Shown here in pieces: positions 8,901 through 17,670 of a stretch of 64,000 nucleotides of DNA. The translations under genes and the position numbers were made by a program. The notes beneath the pieces were generated by a model. It was not told the DNA's origin, searched no databases, and was given only the letters and a program-made list of their open reading frames with translations. This DNA is from Candidatus Kerfeldbacteria bacterium (lineage in GTDB: Bacteria; Patescibacteriota; Patescibacteriia; UBA10025; JAHIVO01): NCBI GenBank assembly GCA_047946875.1, contig CP181398.1, positions 649,041 to 713,040 on the forward strand. Direction: 5' to 3'. Numbering within the stretch: the first letter of the stretch is position 1; every line of letters begins with the position of its first letter.

Positions 8901-8980
8901 AAAATCAACCCTGCCATTTATCCTCACCCCCCACACACCAATTTCACCTATAAACTATGGGGTAACCTTGTTTTTAATCC
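8901..8980. repeat. island repeat copy A2 (~80 bp)
   Basis: Near-identical to A3 (9186-9260) over about 70 bp; sits about 20 nt upstream of the methyltransferase start. Confidence 0.8.
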
Positions 8981-9064
8981 ATAATACACTTTTGAAAATA
9001 ACTTTAAGTTTTTCTCTCTTTTTCGAGCATCTTTTTCGGAAGAATAAGCTTCATAATAATATAT

Positions 9065-9169
9065 TTATGGTGAAAATAAAATTACAGCCATAACCACTAC
9101 AAAAATAATTACAAATAATACTATTCTTTTACCTGTACCACCAATCCAAAATTTATTATATTTTTCCAT
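9065..9169 (-). CDS. 34-aa single-TM peptide (MEKYNKFWIGGTGKRIVLFVIIFVVVMAVILFSP)
   Basis: Hand-translated; a repeat copy (A3) lies immediately upstream, as for the neighbouring genes; below the ORF-track length cutoff. Confidence 0.3.
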   Translation of the reverse strand: MEKYNKFWIGGTGKRIVLFVIIFVVVMAVILFSP

Positions 9170-9185
9170 ATTAGATAAATTTTAA

Positions 9186-9260
9186 TTACCCCTGCCATTT
9201 ATCCTCACCCCCACATACCAATTTCACCTATAAACTATAAGGTAACCTTGTTTTTAAACA
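9186..9260. repeat. island repeat copy A3 (~75 bp)
   Basis: CCCCTGCCATTTATCCTCACCCCCACA(C/T)ACCAATTTCACCTATAAACTAT..GGTAACCTTGTTTTTAA shared with A2; overlaps the 3' end of the RhuM ORF. Confidence 0.8.
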
Positions 9261-9680
9261 CCAATTCTCTAAACACCTTTTTAAATGAAAACTTTTATTA
9301 ATAATGTAGCCATCAATCATATGCTGTTTTAATACCTTTGTCGCCCAAATACGAAATTGCGTAGCGTGTTTAGAATTAACGCGATAACCTACAGAAATAA
9401 TTGCATCAAGATTATATAAATTAACATCACGCTCTATATATCGTTTTCCTTCTTTTTGAACTATCCGGAAATTCCGGATAGTTGCTTTATCTGTTAATTC
9501 ACCTGTTCTATAAATATTTTTTAAATGCTCATTAATCGTACGTACATCTACATCGAAAACTTCAGCGATCTGCTTTTGAGATGCCCAAATAGTCTCTAGA
9601 TTAAAATCTCCACGAAATTCAATTGCTCCAGTTTTAGCCTGGTAAATAACAATATTTTTAATAGATTTATTTTTATTCAT
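9228..9680 (-). pseudogene. 3'-truncated RhuM-family (virulence/Fic-associated) gene
   Basis: 150 aa versus about 330 aa for the family; homology (IVIYQ..G.IEF...ETIWASQKQIAEVF...QFRIWATKVLKQHMIDGY) ends where repeat A3 begins; the last ~24 residues are read from sequence in and next to the repeat. Confidence 0.6.
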
Positions 9681-9744
9681 ATTATGTTAAAATGGTCTTT
9701 TAATTTTTAGTTCTTCATAATAACTAACCAAATTGATGTTAGGG

Positions 9745-12700
9745 CTAACCTTCCCACTTGTCTTCGCAGATTTCTTTAAAATCACAGGTCTTACACCAGA
9801 AGCCTGGATTTGCCTTAAAATCACTCTTCCTTATTTCCAAGATCTTATCTACTAATTTATCTTTCAATTTATCAAGTTCAGAATCCTTAGCAGTAAATGA
9901 GATCGGTTGATTTGCATTAACATAAAGATAAGTTAACTTAGCTGGTTTTAGTTTAAGAATATCCTTAGCAGCTAATGCATAGATCATCAACTGTTCTTTC
10001 TCATCCACTGACAACTTACCATTTTTTGGAACTTTACCAGTTTTGTAATCTATAATTTCTACTCCAGCGGAGCTGGACCCCGGTTTGCGGGGATCATTTC
10101 CATTAACATCACCAATTGGGTCTACTCTATCTATGACCCCTTTGAATGTATGTTCACCTAGTTTCAAATGAAATGGTTGTTCTAAGAATAATGGTACTGG
10201 AAAATCACCAGCTAATGAATCGTAATACATCTTCAATGACTCTCGACCCTGTTCATAATATTCTTCTTTATGCTGAACTGACAAATACCAATCCTCTATC
10301 CACTCTTGCTCATACAGTCCCATTAGTTCATCAAAACCAATTTTGACTTGGCCTTTGGCTGATCGATCTTGTACCATTTTGAAAAACTTAAATAAGGTAT
10401 TGTGAATTGTCTTACCATAACTAAACATATGCTTACCTTCTACTGGTATACGTAATAGATGTGCGTATTTGAATTGCTTAGGACAATTTTTGAAAGCCCG
10501 AAGTTGAGTATAGCTTGATTTCTCTGGAATTACTTTTCGTAAGTAATCTAACTCTTTAATTTTCTCTTGTTTAACATTATCGGTAGCTTTGAGTCTTTCT
10601 GTCTTATCTACCTCCCCTGTCCCTTTCTTCACTTCGAAACCAGTCTCGATCAAAAATCTGGATGGTTTTTTCTTGCGAGAGCCACCGTAATCATCTGCGG
10701 AAGTAAAATATAATCCCTCCTTAGCTCTGGTCATCGCTACATAGAATAATCGTCTCTCCTCCTGCAAATGAATATCCCCTTCTGGGATAATTTCTTTTAC
10801 CAATTCATCAGGTAGTTCAATCGGCTCTTTTCTTTCTATGGTTGGGAATCTTTTATCAACCAAATTTACTATAAATACATTTTTGAATTCCAATCCCTTA
10901 GCGCCATGAATAGTCATGATCTTAACTGCATCAGGCCCTTCATCCCAAGTTTGATTCATCGATCCAGATTCCCCTGCATCCTGAGATTGCTCAAATTCAT
11001 AAAGAAAATTCTTAACTGACTTATCATCATTAACTGCTTCAAAATCCTCTATCTTCCTGAAGAACTGATTAAGATGAATTATGCGTTCCATATTTTCTGG
11101 ACTATCTTTTGCAGTGATCTCTTTGAAATATCCAGAATCTTTCATAAATCTTAGAGCTACTGATAGTACATTTTTATCTCTAGTTAGCTGGGTATGCTTC
11201 TCTATCATGCCTAAGATTTTCTCAATGACATGATGTCCGCTTGATGAAATGCCAGGAATCCCTCTAACTTGTCCCATTGCTTCAAATAATGACATACGCT
11301 TCATAGCTGCATAACGTGATATAGACATCAGATAATCAGTTGGCAATTTAAACTGCTTAAAATTGAGCACTCTCCACATAGCAGCGCTCTCATGATAGTT
11401 ATCCAACATTTTCATATAGGCTACGATATCCATAATCTCTGGTTGACCATACAAACCTTTGGATGCCAAAAACTGATGCGGTATGTCTAGACGTGATAAT
11501 GAATTTATAAACTCCGCAGCGTATGAATTTGCCCTGATCAGGATAGCAAAATCACTCCATAATAATTTTCCGGCAGAGCCGGATCCCGCTTTGCGGGGCT
11601 TATTTCCAGTTTTCAGTTCTAATATTTTCTTAGTAACTCCACTTGCTTCGTCTAAATACGAATTGAAATGTAGATGCCGAATAACACCATCTTTACCAAT
11701 AGCTGATTTTAGCTTCTTACTTATTTTATTCTTTAGTGGAGCGCCCTTGGGATCTATCTTCCCTTTGGTCAGCTGATACTCAAGACGATTTGGGTCATTC
11801 TGTTTAATAAATTTATATGACAAATCTAGGATATTTTGTTTGGTACGATAATTGTCAGTTAGCACAATCTCATCAGACTCAGGAAAATCTTTTTTAAATT
11901 CCAAAATATTACTAATAGCAGCACCACGAAATTTATAGACAGATTGGTCATCATCCCCTACTACTGTAAGATTATTTTTTGGAGCAGATAATAATTTGAT
12001 TAATTCATACTGTGCGTAATTAGTATCTTGAAACTCGTCTACCAATATGTATTTGAACTGTTCTTGATATTTCTTTAATATTTTTGGACGCGTCTTGAAT
12101 AGCTTAATGGTATAAAGTATCAGATCACCGAAGTCCATGGCACTATTTTCTAACAGCAACTGCTGATAAACCTTGTAAGCATTAGCTACTTCCTGAACTC
12201 TTTTGTCTTCTGAAATTTCTTCGTCAACATCATCCTGACTACTATCTGGCTTTAGCTTATTAGCATATTCAATATATTCATCAGGTAATATGTTCTCATC
12301 TTTGGCTCGAGAAAAATGCCTAACTAAGGCTTGAACAAACTTGGTTGGATTACCTAAAGGACGATAGTAATCAAGATCAAATTTATCAAAATTCTTTTGA
12401 ATTAATAGAACTTGGTCTGTAACACTCAATAATTTAAAGTCAGGCGGTAAGCCAATCTCCAAGGCATTATCTTTCAATATTCTTTCACAAAAAGCATGAA
12501 AGGTAGATACCCAAAGATCAACATATCCCATTGGTAATAATACATCTATCCTCTCTTCCATCTCAGCCGCTGCTTTCTCTGTAAAAGTCAGAGCTAATAG
12601 ATGGTCAGTGTTTATCTTCTTCTCTAATATTAACCAAGCTATTCTCTCTGTAATCACGGTTGTTTTGCCAGTACCCGCTCCTGCTACAATTAGCAAAGGA

Positions 12701-12759
12701 CCCTCACCAAATGTGACGGCTTTTTTCTGGGCAGGATTAAGATTATCAGTAATGTTCAT
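9745..12759 (-). CDS. UvrD/PcrA-type SF1 helicase fused to a C-terminal PD-(D/E)XK (Cas4/AddB-like) nuclease
   Basis: 1004 aa; Walker A GAGTGKTT, helicase motifs, C-terminal EIIDYKTGK and a Cys cluster (C..C......C). Confidence 0.8.
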   Translation of the reverse strand: MNITDNLNPAQKKAVTFGEGPLLIVAGAGTGKTTVITERIAWLILEKKINTDHLLALTFTEKAAAEMEERIDVLLPMGYVDLWVSTFHAFCERILKDNALEIGLPPDFKLLSVTDQVLLIQKNFDKFDLDYYRPLGNPTKFVQALVRHFSRAKDENILPDEYIEYANKLKPDSSQDDVDEEISEDKRVQEVANAYKVYQQLLLENSAMDFGDLILYTIKLFKTRPKILKKYQEQFKYILVDEFQDTNYAQYELIKLLSAPKNNLTVVGDDDQSVYKFRGAAISNILEFKKDFPESDEIVLTDNYRTKQNILDLSYKFIKQNDPNRLEYQLTKGKIDPKGAPLKNKISKKLKSAIGKDGVIRHLHFNSYLDEASGVTKKILELKTGNKPRKAGSGSAGKLLWSDFAILIRANSYAAEFINSLSRLDIPHQFLASKGLYGQPEIMDIVAYMKMLDNYHESAAMWRVLNFKQFKLPTDYLMSISRYAAMKRMSLFEAMGQVRGIPGISSSGHHVIEKILGMIEKHTQLTRDKNVLSVALRFMKDSGYFKEITAKDSPENMERIIHLNQFFRKIEDFEAVNDDKSVKNFLYEFEQSQDAGESGSMNQTWDEGPDAVKIMTIHGAKGLEFKNVFIVNLVDKRFPTIERKEPIELPDELVKEIIPEGDIHLQEERRLFYVAMTRAKEGLYFTSADDYGGSRKKKPSRFLIETGFEVKKGTGEVDKTERLKATDNVKQEKIKELDYLRKVIPEKSSYTQLRAFKNCPKQFKYAHLLRIPVEGKHMFSYGKTIHNTLFKFFKMVQDRSAKGQVKIGFDELMGLYEQEWIEDWYLSVQHKEEYYEQGRESLKMYYDSLAGDFPVPLFLEQPFHLKLGEHTFKGVIDRVDPIGDVNGNDPRKPGSSSAGVEIIDYKTGKVPKNGKLSVDEKEQLMIYALAAKDILKLKPAKLTYLYVNANQPISFTAKDSELDKLKDKLVDKILEIRKSDFKANPGFWCKTCDFKEICEDKWEG
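10064..10104. repeat. GC-rich palindromic in-frame mini-insert, copy 2
   Basis: CCAGC-GGA-GCTGG followed by CCCCG-GTTTG-CGGGG; encodes NGNDPRKPGSSSAG on the gene strand. Confidence 0.6.
11570..11609. repeat. GC-rich palindromic in-frame mini-insert, copy 1
   Basis: CCGGC-AGA-GCCGG followed by CCCGC-TTT-GCGGG; encodes TGNKPRKAGSGSAG; about 80% nt identity to the copy at 10064. Confidence 0.6.
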
Positions 12760-12786
12760 AACATTATTTTATCAAAAAAACCAACG

Positions 12787-12833
12787 TTTGTCATACATCA
12801 TACCTTGACAAAAAGTATGAAACAGTATACGAT
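12787..12833 (+). promoter_or_regulatory. promoter with an operator-like inverted repeat TTTGTCA-N12-TGACAAA over the -35
   Basis: 26-nt block identical to 13090-13115; TTGACA at 12805, TACGAT at 12828. Confidence 0.5.
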
Positions 12834-12871
12834 CAATTGAAAACATTTTTAATACTGTGGAGGCTGGCATA

Positions 12872-13060
12872 ATGATGATTGATCGGAAACGCTGGAAACA
12901 ACTAATAACCCTAAAAGAAGCAGGGTTGCCTCGACCCACATTTCAAATGTCAGAAAAAGACATTCTATCAGGTGATGATCGCTGGAAAAAATTTTGGGAC
13001 TACTGCATAACCAGCGGTGGACCAATAACCCTACCATTACCGGAGCCTATCAATTTTTGA
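12872..13060 (+). CDS. hypothetical small protein (~62 aa)
   Basis: ATG 8 nt after a GGAGG ribosome-binding site; GC-rich. Confidence 0.35.
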   Translation: MMIDRKRWKQLITLKEAGLPRPTFQMSEKDILSGDDRWKKFWDYCITSGGPITLPLPEPINF

Positions 13061-13089
13061 TAGGTTTTTTTTAATCAAATAATATGTTA

Positions 13090-13136
13090 TTTGTCATACA
13101 TCATACCTTGACAAATAAGTAATCCCGTGATATTAT
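13090..13136 (+). promoter_or_regulatory. second copy of the promoter/operator: TTGACA-N17-TATTAT with the same inverted repeat
   Basis: Perfect hexamers; about 70 nt upstream of the 13207 gene. Confidence 0.6.
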
Positions 13137-13206
13137 AATTAGTTCATTCAAACTGACGGTGATAATAAAGTCACTGCGGTAAACATCGAATGGACAAGGA
13201 GTTAAC

Positions 13207-13677
13207 ATGTATATTTACATTAAGCCGGAAGCGGTCGAAGAACTGAAAAAGTACTTAGAAGGTCTTGATCAGGTCAAGATTGCCATTGAGTATGGCACGG
13301 AATCGGGTAGGAATTTGATAAGTACCCATCAAAATCCGTTCGGTATTACTTTTTCCATGGTAGATATTCCCGAAGAATTCATCGAAGAGATCACTATCCA
13401 GGACCACCAAATTGATAATGAAAATTGCACCCGGATAGAAGGGATCTACCGACATGAAGGTGCGGTATTGCAGTGCCATTTGCAAATCATATTAACTAAC
13501 AATGGTATGAATGAATGTGCTAGAGATATTATGGTAATCTCTATCACCGCTCCCAACTTGAAATCTCTTCAGACGATTTACACCCAGTTCCGATTGGGAA
13601 AAATTGAACCCGAAGAAAACTGGGAAGTTGACCAAGTAGGTCAAGAAAGTCCTTCTGATGAGGACAAAACAGAATAG
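13207..13677 (+). CDS. hypothetical protein
   Basis: 156 aa, GC-rich, acidic C-terminus. Confidence 0.5.
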   Translation: MYIYIKPEAVEELKKYLEGLDQVKIAIEYGTESGRNLISTHQNPFGITFSMVDIPEEFIEEITIQDHQIDNENCTRIEGIYRHEGAVLQCHLQIILTNNGMNECARDIMVISITAPNLKSLQTIYTQFRLGKIEPEENWEVDQVGQESPSDEDKTE

Positions 13678-13700
13678 CGAATAATCGCACAAAATAGAAT

Positions 13701-13739
13701 AACCCCGTTTGTATTTATACACTCGGGGTTAATTTTTTA
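13701..13739 (+). terminator. rho-independent terminator
   Basis: AACCCCG...CGGGGTT stem followed by T6. Confidence 0.65.
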
Positions 13740-13744
13740 TTCCA

Positions 13745-14477
13745 AAAAATTGAATAAAAAAAAGACCGTCCCCACCATGTTGCATCAGTATGCTACTAGC
13801 GGGAACGGTTAATCTAATATTCTATAATAATTTTTTGATCTAAACGAATCCAGTGGGAAACGGCATTTGAATGCCTCCGAGGTTTACCCTTTTTTGCTGG
13901 GCCGGCTGTATCTAATGTGTCCCCTACGTATACATTAACGCGGGGTGTGGAAAACAGGACTACGGATCACTAGGTGAATCCGTAAGTGGCCATATACGAC
14001 TTGCGTGTCATAGTAGCTTCCCTTTCGGGGGTCTAACGTATGGGTTTGTGGGCCATGCCGCTCTTTTTTTGGCGGCTGTGTTTCTGTCTTCTTTTTTCCG
14101 GCTGAGGCCAGATAGAGTCTGGCGGCCAGGTGCCGGATTTTTGTTTCAGTCTTCTTTTTGTCGACGAATTGTCGTCGCGCAATGGCCAGCGGCGCTAGCT
14201 TTTTCTTTTTTTTTGAACTACTGCTAGGGTCGCAGGACTACTCGGCGGCGACATACGACGGCCGGGTCGGTGAAAGTTTAATTAAAATGCGCTTTGCGCA
14301 GGTGGTTGCCGAAATTCGGCGATCCTCGGTTGAACATTTTTTTTACTCCTTTCTACCCTGGATGGTCATGTGTTAGGTTAATTCTTTCAATGAACGCGTA
14401 CTACACATATACATGCTCTACCGGTGCCAATTTAGGCGTATTACTCACGGTTATGGCATGTTATTGCGTAACCAATA
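13745..14477 (-). ncRNA. candidate large structured ncRNA (~700 nt), class unknown
   Basis: About 50% GC in a ~30% GC genome; no ORF longer than 74 aa; many GC stems; minus-strand promoter TTGACA-N17-TAGTAT at 14478-14506; minus-strand terminator (9-bp stem plus T10) at 13753-13809. Confidence 0.3.
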
Positions 14478-14527
14478 ATACTAGCGCATATTGCATAACT
14501 TGTCAAGGGGTAATATAAAGATATAAA

Positions 14528-14553
14528 AAAAGCATCTTTTATTCAAAGATGCT
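14528..14553. terminator. bidirectional hairpin terminator
   Basis: AGCATCTTT-TATTC-AAAGATGCT flanked by A-runs and T-runs. Confidence 0.5.
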
Positions 14554-14903
14554 TATCGTTTTAACAGTCGCTCTAGCTCAACAGACAAAGAATCATCGTA
14601 CTTGCTCACTTTTTCACAAGTAAAATTTTGTCCATTAATCCAACACTTCCAAACTATATTGTTTTCCCAAAATTTACGGTTCTGCTTCCAAATTAAGAAA
14701 AAAGATTTGGCTGTCGGACCCGATTTACAAAGAATACTAATCTTGCCTTTAGCAGTATTACCTGAGCTTTGAATAACTCTTCCATAGAAAGGCTCTCTAT
14801 GTCCATCTATGTAAATCTCTACTACATCCCACATTTTTGGGATATAATCCGGTCCATTTTCATGGAAAGTACGCATAATATCCTCCAATGTATAAAAGAT
14901 CAT
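14553..14903 (-). CDS. hypothetical protein
   Basis: 116-aa ORF. Confidence 0.45.
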   Translation of the reverse strand: MIFYTLEDIMRTFHENGPDYIPKMWDVVEIYIDGHREPFYGRVIQSSGNTAKGKISILCKSGPTAKSFFLIWKQNRKFWENNIVWKCWINGQNFTCEKVSKYDDSLSVELERLLKR

Positions 14904-14999
14904 TTTCGATTATAGCTTACATTCTTAAGTAAATATCGTCAATTACAGTTTTTGTAACAAAAAAGACCCTTTAATCTAGAGGGTCTTCAATTCATTAAT

Positions 15000-15329
15000 T
15001 TACATTTCTCCGCCTTCACCTTCAATAGCAGAGCGGAGTGACTCTACCATATCATCGACTCTAGACCTCTTGTCACCAGACATCGCTATATAGTTCTCCT
15101 GATCCATTGCCAAACTCAACCACTCACTTTCATCACTATCTTCTTTAATACCAATCTGCTGGTAAATAGCAATTAATTCCGTTGGATTTTTACCATTTAA
15201 ATTTTCCTTTAGAAATTGAGCCGTGGCAGTAGCTTTTTCCCACATGGCCCTGCCCTCAGGTGATTTCCCAGCTTCACTCATATATTTAAATATTAGTTTA
15301 TTATAATTTAATTTTAAACCATATATCAC
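15000..15329 (-). CDS. hypothetical protein
   Basis: 109-aa ORF; the true start may be an internal Met. Confidence 0.45.
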   Translation of the reverse strand: MIYGLKLNYNKLIFKYMSEAGKSPEGRAMWEKATATAQFLKENLNGKNPTELIAIYQQIGIKEDSDESEWLSLAMDQENYIAMSGDKRSRVDDMVESLRSAIEGEGGEM

Positions 15330-15360
15330 TTAATATCAAATCGCCCTTTTACGCTAGGGG

Positions 15361-15389
15361 TTGACAAATAACAATAAAGGTGATACTAT
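15361..15389 (+). promoter_or_regulatory. promoter TTGACA-N17-TACTAT
   Basis: Hexamers upstream of the 15446 operon. Confidence 0.55.
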
Positions 15390-15445
15390 GTTTAGTTAAC
15401 TATTTTTGAAAGAAACTTGAAATAATAATACAAACGGAGGTAACA

Positions 15446-15955
15446 ATGAAGTTACATCACACCATTTTGACCATAATTTTGGTCATCAGTTTAGCAACCT
15501 TCTTTGGTTGCAATGGGGAATCATCAAACATGTCAACTGAAGCTCAGTTGGAAGAAACTATTAGAAACCTTCCTACCGGGTATAACGACATGATGGTTCT
15601 TTATTCGGAAATTCTCAACCTAGAAGATGGTTTTATAAAACTATTGGACAGTTACGATGAATTCCGAGTAACTATGGACTCCATTCGTGCATGTACACCG
15701 GAAGAAGAGCTACTACCGGATTCGATCTATGTGCAGAATGGCAGGTTCAACGACGACATTTTCAGTGTGGAGAACCTTTGGAATAAGAAGGTATACCAGT
15801 ACAACGAAATGGGTGGAGTAATGCATCCTGACAGTTTGATGGCAGGCAATACCGCCATGAACATCGAACTACCGGCTGGTATCAACATCCAAGCCGAAGA
15901 GTCAAAGACTGATGAAGAAAAAGTTCAAAAAATCTTAGAATCATTGAATCAGTAA
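15446..15955 (+). CDS. putative lipoprotein
   Basis: 169 aa; signal peptide with lipobox FFGC. Confidence 0.55.
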   Translation: MKLHHTILTIILVISLATFFGCNGESSNMSTEAQLEETIRNLPTGYNDMMVLYSEILNLEDGFIKLLDSYDEFRVTMDSIRACTPEEELLPDSIYVQNGRFNDDIFSVENLWNKKVYQYNEMGGVMHPDSLMAGNTAMNIELPAGINIQAEESKTDEEKVQKILESLNQ

Positions 15956-15974
15956 CAAGAAGGGAGTTCAAAAA

Positions 15975-16451
15975 ATGAGACATGAAAAGTATTTCATCGA
16001 AAGTACTGGCGAAGTTAAACTCGCTAAAATCATTTTCCATGTATTCGGCCTTATTTGCCTGATCGTCTTGCTTAGTTTCGTGGGCAAAGTGGTCTTCTTT
16101 CCAGCGCAAGTAGCGCAGGAAATCGCTGAAGAGACTTTCGACGGTAGTCGGATGATCTATGTCTACGAAGACTTCTTCAACAAGTACGAAGCGGCCAAAG
16201 CAACAGCCATCAAGGTGAAAAATCACCAGAGGGCTCTGGATGACTTCAAATTCGGCCATCCGGACCCGGATAATTGGGATTATAATGATCGTCAAGAGTA
16301 TGATCGTTTATCCTCAATGATTCCAGCCGTGATGAATTTATTGGCCGACCAAGTCGGACAGTATAACGCCGACGCCGCGAAGATCAACCGCGCTTTTCTG
16401 AAAGGCGATAAATTGCCTGACAGTCTGGTCATTGAAGAACTCACGCAATAA
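15975..16451 (+). CDS. membrane-anchored hypothetical protein
   Basis: 158 aa with an N-terminal TM helix. Confidence 0.5.
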   Translation: MRHEKYFIESTGEVKLAKIIFHVFGLICLIVLLSFVGKVVFFPAQVAQEIAEETFDGSRMIYVYEDFFNKYEAAKATAIKVKNHQRALDDFKFGHPDPDNWDYNDRQEYDRLSSMIPAVMNLLADQVGQYNADAAKINRAFLKGDKLPDSLVIEELTQ

Positions 16452-16469
16452 CCCAAGGAAGGAAGAAAG

Positions 16470-17048
16470 ATGAAAACGAGAAAAATTCTCATTCTAACTT
16501 GTATGGCTTTGTTCGTCCTGATGGCGAATGGAGTCGTCCTGGCGGATAACGATTTTGAAGCGTCCTCCAAAGCTGTCAGTAGAATTCAGGCTCAGGACCA
16601 ATTGCAAACCGCTCAGAATTTCGAACGGTTATACAATGCGGTCCCGCCACCCGAAATGCAGGACTCCCAGGAACGACGCCAGCTGGTCAAACGGCTGAAT
16701 CGTTTCAATGTTTCTTCAAAGATCAGTTATATTTATCTGATCGACCGGGGAATCATCATGGCCTTCTTTACGGTCAAGGGAAAAGTCAGCTCAGTTAACT
16801 CCATGCTGACCTGCACAAAACAATTGGTTTACGATGGTTACGGTACCAGCTATGGCCGAGGTGGCGTTCACGCGGTTGCTAGTCCTGATCTCGACGGTAG
16901 CTATGGTACCAATGGTAATGGAGTATTCTTCTTCACCGATCTCGATACTTATATCGAATGGAACGGCAAGTACCTACTCTGTGATCAGTACATAAAGCTC
17001 AACCAACCGCCGGTCCTCGTTCTCGAAACTGAGGAAGGAGGCAAATAA
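16470..17048 (+). CDS. secreted hypothetical protein, tandem paralog A
   Basis: 192 aa, signal peptide; about 70% identical to the next gene. Confidence 0.6.
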   Translation: MKTRKILILTCMALFVLMANGVVLADNDFEASSKAVSRIQAQDQLQTAQNFERLYNAVPPPEMQDSQERRQLVKRLNRFNVSSKISYIYLIDRGIIMAFFTVKGKVSSVNSMLTCTKQLVYDGYGTSYGRGGVHAVASPDLDGSYGTNGNGVFFFTDLDTYIEWNGKYLLCDQYIKLNQPPVLVLETEEGGK

Positions 17049-17049
17049 G

Positions 17050-17631
17050 ATGAGATTGAACAAAAATCATATCATCTTCATCGCCATCGCTATGGCTATA
17101 CTCCTTCTGACTATCGGTTGTGGAAAGAATAAAGAATTTTCCAACTCATCCAAAGCCGTCAGTAACATTCAGGCCAAGGACCAGCTGAAAACCGCTGAAA
17201 ATTTCGAACGGTTATACAAAGCGGTCCCACCTCCGGAACTTCAGGATTCCCAAGAACGGCGTCAGCTGGTTAAACGGCTGAACCGATTCAATGTAGCCAA
17301 CAAGATCAGCTTTATCTACATCATTGACTTCGGGAAAATCATTGGATTTTTCACGGTCAAAGGTAAAGTCAGTTCAGTTAACTCTATGTTAACTTGTACT
17401 GAACAGCTGGTTGATGATGGATTTGGGACGGGTACTGGTGAAAATGGACGCGATAATGTCCATATTGTTCCCAGTCCTGATCTTGACGGTAGCTATGGTA
17501 CCAATGGTAAAGGAGTATTCTTCTTTACTGATCTCGATATCTATGTGGAATGGAATGGCACTTATATGCTTTCCGACCAGTACATCAAACTGGATCAACC
17601 ACCGGTCCTTATGCTCAAAGTGAAAGCCTAG
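17050..17631 (+). CDS. lipoprotein, tandem paralog B
   Basis: 193 aa; lipobox TIGC; shares the conserved KGKVSSVNSMLTCT motif with paralog A. Confidence 0.6.
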   Translation: MRLNKNHIIFIAIAMAILLLTIGCGKNKEFSNSSKAVSNIQAKDQLKTAENFERLYKAVPPPELQDSQERRQLVKRLNRFNVANKISFIYIIDFGKIIGFFTVKGKVSSVNSMLTCTEQLVDDGFGTGTGENGRDNVHIVPSPDLDGSYGTNGKGVFFFTDLDIYVEWNGTYMLSDQYIKLDQPPVLMLKVKA

Positions 17632-17670
17632 AGCAAAAGAGGCTAGTTAACATAACGTTCTTTATTATAA

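Noticed and set aside
12849-13037. 62-aa minus-strand ORF opposite the small plus-strand gene
   Set aside because: The plus-strand ORF has a promoter-operator and a ribosome-binding site; the minus-strand ORF has neither.
13745-14477. RNase P RNA or tmRNA identity for the GC-rich region
   Set aside because: I could not find GGAAAGTCC/ACAGAA (RNase P) or a tRNA-like 3' end and tag reading frame (tmRNA). It is left as an unclassified ncRNA candidate.
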